DNA of 32,000 nucleotides from an uncultured archaeon (GTDB lineage Archaea; Asgardarchaeota; Thorarchaeia; Thorarchaeales; Thorarchaeaceae): assembly GCA_964354495.1 (NCBI GenBank), contig CAYHAA010000001.1, positions 308,075-340,074 of the forward strand. Direction: 5' to 3'. The translations under genes were made by a program, and so were the position numbers. The notes under the pieces are model-generated. The model saw only the letters and a list, made by a program, of their open reading frames with translations, was not told the DNA's origin and ran no database searches. Shown here in pieces: positions 16,555-24,693 of this stretch; position 1 is the stretch's first letter, and each line of letters begins with the position of its first letter.

Positions 16555-17709
16555 ATGGTGGTAGATTTGGAGAGAACGAGACTGCCATCTACCAAGCTTG
16601 ATGTCGCATTTGTTGTTGACACAACTGGATCAATGAAAGATGATATCAAAGCGGTGAAGGACAGTCTCTCTGAAATAGTGAGCCATATCACATCACGAAC
16701 GAAGGACCTTGGGATTAGATTCGGCATCGTTTCATACCGCGACCATCCTCCACAAGATAGATCCTATGTGACCAAGTATTTCGACTTCATAGACAATGTG
16801 AAACGAGTCCAAAAGATCATTGCTGATCTTCAACCATCTGATGGAGGCGACACTCCCGAAGCGGTCGCTGATGGTCTATTTGATGCACGCACAAAGCTAT
16901 CTTGGGAGAAGGATGCTTACAAAGTACTGCTTCTTGTCGGAGACGCACCTCCACATGGGAGAAGATACAATTCTCTCGGTGATGACTACTTTGTTGACGG
17001 CTGCCCGGATGGTCATGATCCGATTGAAGAAGTGCAGCAGCTGAGAAAGGATTTTGGTACGACGCTGTTTATTTTCATATGTGGCTGCAACCCGCTTGTT
17101 GAAACAGCATTCCAACAGATTGCAGATTCTGTTGATGGTGGCAAGTATTACTCATTGTTGGAGGCACATGAACTTCCAGAAGCAATTCTGAAGATACTTG
17201 AGGGAGTCAGTAATCTCATTGAAGCCGATAGGAAAGTCTTGTCCTACTATCAAGCTAATGATGGGACGTTCGATATGGGTGAGGCCGCTTCGAAGCTCGG
17301 TCTTGAGGTCCGTGAACTGAAGACTTCTCTATCTAGGCTCCTTGAACTTGGCAGAATCGTACGATGGCCAAAGGGGAGACCTCTCACATCTGAGCAAATA
17401 GGCATCTCTGTGAATCTTGGTGAGATTCCGAACAACATAGTCGCTGGAAGAGCCTTCAACTACTCTATCAGAGTCAAGAATCCAAGTGCGGCTATTGGGA
17501 GCATCAGGGTGGTAGTATCACTCGTCACAGCCGAGGGTGTATCTGAGGTAACGAATGAGCGTCATGACATAGCGGCCAAATCTGATAAGAAGCTCGAGCT
17601 CAAGCTCGTTCCAATGACTGATGTGAGAGAGAAAGCGACGCTCCGAGTTGAGGTCTTCTATGGCTCAAAATCAATTGCCACTGAGATCTACTCGACACGT
17701 ATCTACTGA
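16555..17709 (+). CDS. vWA-domain protein (intact MIDAS) + winged helix + C-terminal Ig-like beta sandwich
   Basis: LDVAFVVDTTGSM, GGDTPEA, LVGDAPPHG; wHTH 'FDMGEAASKLGLEVRELKTSLSRLLELGRI'; beta-rich tail. Start uncertain (16513, 16555, 16567 or 16582). Confidence 0.85.
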   Translation: MVVDLERTRLPSTKLDVAFVVDTTGSMKDDIKAVKDSLSEIVSHITSRTKDLGIRFGIVSYRDHPPQDRSYVTKYFDFIDNVKRVQKIIADLQPSDGGDTPEAVADGLFDARTKLSWEKDAYKVLLLVGDAPPHGRRYNSLGDDYFVDGCPDGHDPIEEVQQLRKDFGTTLFIFICGCNPLVETAFQQIADSVDGGKYYSLLEAHELPEAILKILEGVSNLIEADRKVLSYYQANDGTFDMGEAASKLGLEVRELKTSLSRLLELGRIVRWPKGRPLTSEQIGISVNLGEIPNNIVAGRAFNYSIRVKNPSAAIGSIRVVVSLVTAEGVSEVTNERHDIAAKSDKKLELKLVPMTDVREKATLRVEVFYGSKSIATEIYSTRIY

Positions 17710-17722
17710 TGGAGGACTACCT

Positions 17723-18877
17723 TTGATTCTAATCGCCAAACAGGGACGGAATCAGAAAGGTCTCTGCTTTGTACCCGCTGACGAACCTGATTATGAACCG
17801 GGTGTCTACGAACTCAGCTTTCGGGAACGCACACTTCTTGCTGACGTCCGCAAGTCAGCTCAGGTTTCCGATAACATGATTATTCTAGATAGTCGTGTGT
17901 TTGCCATGATGAATTGCAGCGATGGGTCTGAAATATCACTTACGCGAATCTGCGACGATTTGCCGGTCTGCAGAGAACTTGGGTTGGCTGTGGCATCCAC
18001 AAAGTCCCTAGATAATAATGCAGTAGCTAATGCAATCTCAAAGAGGGTCAATGATCTCCAGGAAGACTTTGATGGACTAGTGCTAACAAAGAATCAGAGG
18101 ATTCTGCTAGGACGCCTTGGAGTTCAACTCACAGTGGACTTACTCAAACCAGTGGATGATGGACACCTTTCTTGTCGATTAAGATGGAGCAGTCTTGAGA
18201 AGATACACCTTGACCCAGGAGTAGAAGCTCCAGCATACAACCTCATTTGTGTGATTGAGCTTGGAGCGGCAGCCCACATTACTGATGTCCTGCAGTCCTC
18301 TACGGGTGGTGATTCGGTTTCAGTTCCCCGGTATTCCGCTGCAATTGAACTTCTACATCAGATTGAACTCGGCTACTCCGGATATGGCACAGGAGCTCAA
18401 TTCTCAGGCATTGCGTATTCAGACGAGGTGGTAACCTATCCGATGTTTGATTCGGAATCAGGACAACTGGTCGAGATATCACCACTTCACTCAAAGTCTA
18501 TGTTGGAATCATTTAGAAACTGGATTGGCGAAGTAGCTCCCACGCATGGCCGCAAATCCTCGAATCCCGGTGCCGCTTTGAACGCCGCAATCGAGCGGGC
18601 ATTGGGCATACCGGATTCAATCGATCACCCTACGATTGTGGTTCTCCTCTCAAGCGGTACGCATTCATCTGGCCAAAACCCGTTGAAGATTGTGAAAAAG
18701 AAGGGGGAGAACAGGTCCGTACCAGTGTTATGTTTTTGCCTGGGAGAAGATTCAAACAGGGATATGATGAAGGCAATTGCAGAGTACACAAAAGGAATTG
18801 CCGTCGAAATCACTGACATGGGTCAAGTGAATATGGTCAATGAACGGCTTGCGGAGTGGTTTCGAGATAGGAGTTGA
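17723..18877 (+). CDS. CDC48/NSF-N-like domains + vWA with a degenerate MIDAS
   Basis: GGAGG RBS + TTG 17723; 'NMIILDSRVFAMMNCSDGSEISL' double-psi-barrel pattern; vWA strand 'YNLICVIELGAAA' lacks DxSxS; alignable to 24694..25989. Confidence 0.65.
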   Translation: MILIAKQGRNQKGLCFVPADEPDYEPGVYELSFRERTLLADVRKSAQVSDNMIILDSRVFAMMNCSDGSEISLTRICDDLPVCRELGLAVASTKSLDNNAVANAISKRVNDLQEDFDGLVLTKNQRILLGRLGVQLTVDLLKPVDDGHLSCRLRWSSLEKIHLDPGVEAPAYNLICVIELGAAAHITDVLQSSTGGDSVSVPRYSAAIELLHQIELGYSGYGTGAQFSGIAYSDEVVTYPMFDSESGQLVEISPLHSKSMLESFRNWIGEVAPTHGRKSSNPGAALNAAIERALGIPDSIDHPTIVVLLSSGTHSSGQNPLKIVKKKGENRSVPVLCFCLGEDSNRDMMKAIAEYTKGIAVEITDMGQVNMVNERLAEWFRDRS

Positions 18878-20040
18878 TTCCTGTGAAGGACGATTTGCCA
18901 ACACGACTTCAAGCTATGTTCCATAGTGGAGAAATCACTGAATTCATCTCTGCACAGATGCCTACAGAAAAGCTCAGCACGGGATGGATGGAACAAGGTC
19001 TTCTTCTCAAGGGCTTCACTGGAAAGCTGGAGGATAGAAAGAACCAGGAACAACTCATCATTCCTGCTGACAGATTTGCACGTTTGACAAGAGACCTTGA
19101 AGGGCTATCACGACCATTTGTCGGCCTGTTAATCCTAGGCAGTCAAGGTCTAGTTACGCCCAAGTTGTGCATCGTGGTATACGACGCACTCGAGGAAAGC
19201 AGCAAGCCAATGATGACTGTAGCCTTCTGGACCAAGAACTTGAGCTTCAGTGAAATCACTCGTATCATAACACAGCATGTGCTAGGACATGGCATTTCTA
19301 GTAGAAAGACTGAGCCGGACTTGGATTACATAGAACAACTTAGAGCAGGTGTTTCCACTGGTGAAGTTCGAAGTCTACTCTCTCTCAAGGTTCCCGCAGA
19401 GAAGCAGAATGTCACAGAATGGTTTCGTGATTCCGCAAAGCAAGTGAATGGATCTAAAAGAGCAATTGCGGCTGAGGGGGACCTGAATAGTCTGTCGAGA
19501 ATCACACTTCTTCTCGCTCGCTGGTTGACAAGCCTCGACCTTTTCAAGAGAGCCAAGAACAATATCGCAGCTATTCTCTTCAAGTTCAGTGATAGAACAG
19601 AACTCTGCCTGTGGGATAGCCCTCATGGCATGGCTTCGTTTGCAGCATTGAACAGAACTGACATTGAAAACATGATTGATAGATATGTGACGCCCATGTG
19701 GTCCGGTTCACAGGATTTTGGCGTGTCTGGTGTAGGTGCACCAGAGGTTGTAATTGGAAAGAGAACAGAATCACGAGAAGAAAACCGTAAGTCGAAAGTC
19801 ATGGCATCTCATCAGATAGATCATACTATCCTAAGTCAGATTAGAACGAAACTGGAAATGCTAGAGACTCGCCTTCAAGCCCTAGAAAACGCACCAGGAG
19901 ATAAGACAGTCACTACTGACCAGTCAATAGCAATTGTACAAACCAAGCTTGCAGAAACGATTAACCGTCTTGAATCTGTTGTGGCTAGATTGAGTGACCT
20001 AGAATCGCGTATAAAGCGTGTGAGTAAGTCTGCAGGGTGA
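18874..20040 (+). CDS. hypothetical protein with C-terminal coiled coil
   Basis: 4-nt overlap with the upstream gene (translational coupling); heptad-rich last ~70 aa. Confidence 0.7.
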   Translation: MIPVKDDLPTRLQAMFHSGEITEFISAQMPTEKLSTGWMEQGLLLKGFTGKLEDRKNQEQLIIPADRFARLTRDLEGLSRPFVGLLILGSQGLVTPKLCIVVYDALEESSKPMMTVAFWTKNLSFSEITRIITQHVLGHGISSRKTEPDLDYIEQLRAGVSTGEVRSLLSLKVPAEKQNVTEWFRDSAKQVNGSKRAIAAEGDLNSLSRITLLLARWLTSLDLFKRAKNNIAAILFKFSDRTELCLWDSPHGMASFAALNRTDIENMIDRYVTPMWSGSQDFGVSGVGAPEVVIGKRTESREENRKSKVMASHQIDHTILSQIRTKLEMLETRLQALENAPGDKTVTTDQSIAIVQTKLAETINRLESVVARLSDLESRIKRVSKSAG

Positions 20041-20047
20041 TTAATGG

Positions 20048-20338
20048 GTGAAGAGTCATTCAGATGAAGCAATCAAAGAGCTAAGTCGAATCGAAGATGA
20101 AACACGCATTCTCGAGGAACTATCTGAGCCTCTGAAAAGGATGGAACGCCGGATCGAAGACATCTCTTCAAAACAATCGAGCAAATCATCAATTGGTGCT
20201 GAATACATCCAAGTGATAGTCACCAAGATATCCGCACTGCGCGACCTAATTGATAAGGTGGAAGTGGAGATGGACCAGCTAGATTCCAGAATCGGTGATA
20301 TCGAGTCACTTCGCTTCAAGCGTCGAACTCAGGAGTAG
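20048..20338 (+). CDS. small coiled-coil protein
   Basis: GGTGA RBS overlapping the upstream stop + GTG; two heptad segments; 96 aa. Confidence 0.65.
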   Translation: MKSHSDEAIKELSRIEDETRILEELSEPLKRMERRIEDISSKQSSKSSIGAEYIQVIVTKISALRDLIDKVEVEMDQLDSRIGDIESLRFKRRTQE

Positions 20339-22979
20339 AGCTAGCTGGTACAAGTTCTTCAACGACATCAAGAATGTGCCCAATGAAGGTCTGTGAAGAG
20401 AATGAGTCCAACGGTGTGACTCCTGCATTTACTTCCTTCAAGAATCTCAAGGCATCTGTAGGGGGTCTATCTTTTTCCAAGGTCACGAATTCGATTTGAT
20501 ATCTCTCACGTTCTTTGATAGCTTTGATGAATGGGATATGCTCCGCGTCATCTCTTCCCACGCCCCCTGAGATAACGAGTATCAACGTTGGCCGTGAGGC
20601 TCCAAAATCGTCCAGATATTCTGCAATGGTTCTATAGGCCCCGGCCATGTCTTCTCGACCTGCGCTATCTTTCACAGAATCGAGAATTGAGTAGATCAAA
20701 GACACAAGAACTTCCTCTGATTGAACGTCTCCAAGAAACTCCATATATGACCTAATCTCGCTACCATGTTGGACAGAGAACTTTGAAGGTCCCTCTGCGA
20801 ACGTAGCAAAGCCGAACCTGCCCTCAGTATGATTGTGTCTGAAGAGATTGATGACCAGCAATGCCCCTAGTGCCGCAATCTCTGATCTTGACGCATCCTC
20901 AGTGAGGTCATCAAGGAATACCTTCAACTCCCCTATTCGCCTTGCGAGAGGCTCAAGTTCTCTTGTTGCCGCGCGAATGGTTTTCAGTTTTATATCACGT
21001 TTGCTCATATCCTTACACGTGGAGATGCAGAGTACAACATTCAATTCGCGAAAAGCCTGATTTGGTCTTAAGAACACCTCATCTTCTGGAATGACACCAA
21101 TCTGATCTGAAACGAGCTCTGGCTCTGTCTGTGTCATATTGAGAGTCACCGGAAGCTTCTCTGAACCCACGAAAAGTCTGGAACTAGAACCAACCAGTCT
21201 TCCTCTTATCCGGTCAAGAACCTCGCTTTCATTTAGATGCATCCAGGAAAACAACTCTTGATTGGACGTTCGTCTGTCTGAGCAGTACGCCATCACAATC
21301 CTGTGGATATCAGAGATTTCCCCTTGGAACTTGACAATGTTGACAACAGAGGACGTACTGAATCCATAGATTTCTGCGTCAGTTTCTGAGATGACAATCA
21401 TTCTTTCAGCGCGCATATCATGCTCCCTCACACGACCCGCGCACCATCTCCCAGTCCTTGTGCCAAGTACTAGCACATAATCATCATTCAACAGATTTAG
21501 CGATTGCATATCGGAAGAGGCCATAAGGAATACCCCGGGGTTCGTCTTCGCAATCTCAACCCCAAAATGAAGAGCAGACACGAGTTCCTTGCGGTCTTCT
21601 ACCTGGAGACAGGAGAGCAATGCATCATCAAATTGAGCTAGGTGTGCTGGCAAGCCAAAGACGGGCCCGTCAAGTTTTGCATTTGCACACACAAGGGTCT
21701 GTAGTAGCATGCTGTCCCTCTTTGATATGCTCTCTGTAAATGCCTTCTTCCATCCTGAGACCATCACGGCACCGTTCTTTTCTAGCACGATTGAGATGCT
21801 TGTCCCTTTCTCGCCATTCGGCCCGCTCACCGTTACAACAACGCTATCCAGCTGGACCGTTCCTCCCTCGTCATCAACCATGTGGTCAACTGATACTACT
21901 CTCAGAATCTTCTTTGCATCAAGTAGTTGCAGGACTCGAATAATCTCATTCATGGCGGCTTTTCCAAGACTCTCTTCAGCCATGACCGATGTCTTGTTCT
22001 CTGTATATACTAGGAATGGGGGTCGCGGAGGCAGTAATGACAACATGTTTCCACCAAGGACTCTCTGCACTTCCTCCGGCGAGGCTGCCAGATTTCTGCT
22101 CAAGAAGTAACTGATTATTTCTGATACGCTATCCCCCAATTGCGTTTCAGGATATGATGAGGCAAACATAATCCGCTTTGACCAGAGCAGGTCCTTTTGC
22201 TCGCTCTTCATGTAATTGATTGAAGTCGATAGGGACGATATCGATGCACCTGCTGTAAGAAGCGTGCTATCTGGAATGTCAAGAAGACGAGTGATGGATT
22301 TTCCCCAGTCCTTCTGGCTTCTCACCTTCAGCACAAGTTTCGGAGCCTTTAGGCCTGCCTCTTTGAGAAGTACCAACCACTCAAGAAGCAAATCCAGATT
22401 CTCTGAAGAGGTGAGTTCCATGAACACAGGTCTCTCAGATTTGATGTGGTCAATCAAATCCGCGCGATTGGGCCCCTTTAGTGCGAGAGGCAAATTGGCT
22501 GCGCGTAGGATACATCCCCATCCTGGTGGTGTTCTCCGGTTCTGCCTCATGTCTTGCAGATGATAGACTCTAGGGCTTGTGGGTGGAACTGTTGACCATC
22601 GGTAGACAGACTCGGTATTCGCATTCTGTTGGGCAACCGGAAGGGCTGTTTCACCTAGATCAATCAGCGGGTTTGCAACGAGTAGATCGACCAGCCAACT
22701 TGACTTAGACAGCTCCGACGCATCTTGAGAGAAGTCGGTAAGAAATCTGGGCTTCTTTAGATACTCATAAGCCCTTCTTGGGACGTACCTAAAGGCTCCA
22801 GAATAACTGGCAGCAAAGTCATGAAGTTGATTTTCAACCATAGTATAGTATGAGAATGCCCTGTCAGGGTCGAATGTTCGTATATACGTTCCAGCGCGTA
22901 CGATGCCAAGCTGTAAGGACGCGTCCACGACAAAGAAGCGGCGGATTTCGTTTGCTTCAATGTCTTCCACAACAATCAT
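20316..22979 (-). CDS. fusion protein: inactive amidohydrolase-like domain + CDC48-N-like domains + degenerate vWA
   Basis: Colinear similarity to 23125..24630 (VVDASLQLG vs IVDAHHHMG; WSKRIMFASSY vs WSEKILFGTDY; QRVLGGN vs QRILGGN) and to 24694..25989 (LNVVLCISTCKDM vs FNAVLCIDTSGSM). ATG 22979 with GGAG RBS (ORF track TTG 22988). Confidence 0.75.
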   Translation of the reverse strand: MIVVEDIEANEIRRFFVVDASLQLGIVRAGTYIRTFDPDRAFSYYTMVENQLHDFAASYSGAFRYVPRRAYEYLKKPRFLTDFSQDASELSKSSWLVDLLVANPLIDLGETALPVAQQNANTESVYRWSTVPPTSPRVYHLQDMRQNRRTPPGWGCILRAANLPLALKGPNRADLIDHIKSERPVFMELTSSENLDLLLEWLVLLKEAGLKAPKLVLKVRSQKDWGKSITRLLDIPDSTLLTAGASISSLSTSINYMKSEQKDLLWSKRIMFASSYPETQLGDSVSEIISYFLSRNLAASPEEVQRVLGGNMLSLLPPRPPFLVYTENKTSVMAEESLGKAAMNEIIRVLQLLDAKKILRVVSVDHMVDDEGGTVQLDSVVVTVSGPNGEKGTSISIVLEKNGAVMVSGWKKAFTESISKRDSMLLQTLVCANAKLDGPVFGLPAHLAQFDDALLSCLQVEDRKELVSALHFGVEIAKTNPGVFLMASSDMQSLNLLNDDYVLVLGTRTGRWCAGRVREHDMRAERMIVISETDAEIYGFSTSSVVNIVKFQGEISDIHRIVMAYCSDRRTSNQELFSWMHLNESEVLDRIRGRLVGSSSRLFVGSEKLPVTLNMTQTEPELVSDQIGVIPEDEVFLRPNQAFRELNVVLCISTCKDMSKRDIKLKTIRAATRELEPLARRIGELKVFLDDLTEDASRSEIAALGALLVINLFRHNHTEGRFGFATFAEGPSKFSVQHGSEIRSYMEFLGDVQSEEVLVSLIYSILDSVKDSAGREDMAGAYRTIAEYLDDFGASRPTLILVISGGVGRDDAEHIPFIKAIKERERYQIEFVTLEKDRPPTDALRFLKEVNAGVTPLDSFSSQTFIGHILDVVEELVPASSTPEFDA

Positions 22980-23124
22980 CGAATACAACTCCGAGTGCTA
23001 AGAGCCAATTTGCAAGAGATGATATATGCCTAATGCAGACAGTAGTTTCTGCTAGCTTGAAAGCCCGTAAAGAAATAGTTTATCACTCAAACAGGCTGAA
23101 CAAGAATGGAGGACTAATCTGCAT

Positions 23125-24630
23125 ATGCTCATCGTCCGAGCAGTTGAGGACCAGCCATCAAGAGGCATAAGGAAAGGTGATGAGTTCAGGCTCTACATCG
23201 TAGATGCACATCACCATATGGGGAAAGAGAAAAGCCATAGAAACACGCCTTCGGGTGCCTACGCCTTCTACTCCCAATTATGGTTTGAGATGCAGAAGCT
23301 TGCTAAGGTCCTCAGAGAAGAGGACGCTCTTCTCTTCGAACCAATTGGAATAACAGCTGGTGATTTCGCCAATCGTTGTTTCAAAAGCCAAAAGAGTTGG
23401 GAGAGGCTGAATCATGGTTGGTTAATAGATAGAACTGTTGTATTCCCTTATACTGATGACTATTCCACCTCCGAATCAGCCAATGAGCCTTCGTTCAGAG
23501 TGTCGAATGATAAAATCGCAGGATGGACAACTCGTGCACCACACTCGACGCGGCTAATCGGATTCGCACGGGTCAATCCCCTGGATGGTACAGGGAACAA
23601 AAATATTGCAGTGAGCGAGCTCGAACGGAGTGTTCTGAGCCTTGGATTGCGCGGTCTAAAACTGCACCCTCTTGCACAGCTCTTTCTTGATTCCATCGAA
23701 GGTGAACTAACAAGGAACGTTGTGAAGCGAGCTGGTGAGTTAGGAATCCCTGTTATCTTCGATACGAGAAATATTGGCACCGTCATGCGTATCAAGAATC
23801 TTGTAGAATCGATGCGGAATGATCCCGACTGCGGAACAGCCATCAGGGGACTGAAGGTGATTCTCGCTCATTGTGGAATGTCCCCTGGTGATACACATCT
23901 TTTCGACGCGCTTCGTGACCCAGCGATCTTTGCTGAAACTTCAACGCTACATGACCTCGATGTTCCTGTTCTATTCGAATCTGCAATCGAGCGTCTGGGC
24001 CGATTCGGCACTCCATGGTCGGAGAAAATCCTCTTTGGGACAGACTACAGCTTTCTGTCCGTTCAGGCTGCTGATGTCATTCTCTACCTTCTCTCGCGAA
24101 AATTCTCTGGAACTCTGACCGATGCTCAACGAATATTGGGCGGGAATGCATTGATGTTGGTCCAAAAGCCTTTCGCAACTAAGGGTGGAGCTCCAACTCC
24201 TCCGGTCGAATATGTCTGTCTGGACCATGACGGGTCTAGACAGGTTCAGTTAGAGAATTCGCTGTTATCACTCATAAAACGGGATGTCTGGGACCTCTGT
24301 TCTCTCGATCTAATGCTGCCTCCGAATGGAACTTGGCCCGAACTGCTGCCTATTTCAAGAGGAGGTTTCAATGGTGTTTACCTTGACTCCTATGTGTTGA
24401 GTCTAAGGACACGAACGGGGGATAGAGAGATTCATGTCTGGATTCGTAGGGGCCCAGGCAGTTCTCTCACTTGTTCGCTCTTGGGTACGTCCGGGATGAT
24501 ACGGCTTGAAACCACTCAGAATGCGTCTCAGGGTATCAATCCCGTGCTGATGCGGTCTCTGAAAGACCATTCTATCACATTGAAGACAGGGAAGGATTTA
24601 CAGGATAATGTGTTATCATACTTTGATTAG
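23125..24630 (+). CDS. amidohydrolase-2-like metallo-dependent TIM-barrel hydrolase with C-terminal extension
   Basis: GGAGG RBS; IVDAHHH, GFARVNP, GLRGLKLHP, ILAHCG, AETS, ILFGTDY. Confidence 0.85.
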   Translation: MLIVRAVEDQPSRGIRKGDEFRLYIVDAHHHMGKEKSHRNTPSGAYAFYSQLWFEMQKLAKVLREEDALLFEPIGITAGDFANRCFKSQKSWERLNHGWLIDRTVVFPYTDDYSTSESANEPSFRVSNDKIAGWTTRAPHSTRLIGFARVNPLDGTGNKNIAVSELERSVLSLGLRGLKLHPLAQLFLDSIEGELTRNVVKRAGELGIPVIFDTRNIGTVMRIKNLVESMRNDPDCGTAIRGLKVILAHCGMSPGDTHLFDALRDPAIFAETSTLHDLDVPVLFESAIERLGRFGTPWSEKILFGTDYSFLSVQAADVILYLLSRKFSGTLTDAQRILGGNALMLVQKPFATKGGAPTPPVEYVCLDHDGSRQVQLENSLLSLIKRDVWDLCSLDLMLPPNGTWPELLPISRGGFNGVYLDSYVLSLRTRTGDREIHVWIRRGPGSSLTCSLLGTSGMIRLETTQNASQGINPVLMRSLKDHSITLKTGKDLQDNVLSYFD

Positions 24631-24646
24631 CTTGAACCTCATATTC

Positions 24647-24691
24647 TTTATAACAACACGAACAGATGAATTCACGTTCTACAAGAGGAGG
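24647..24691 (+). promoter_or_regulatory. TATA box (TTTATAA, 24647-24653) and Shine-Dalgarno (GAGGAGG, 24685-24691) of the N-domain-vWA gene
   Basis: Archaeal TATA consensus at a suitable distance upstream of a strong SD and the open frame. Confidence 0.5.
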
Positions 24692-24693
24692 CA

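Noticed and set aside
18874-20338. SNARE identity for the coiled coils
   Set aside because: No C-terminal TM anchor and no zero-layer pattern I could assign with confidence
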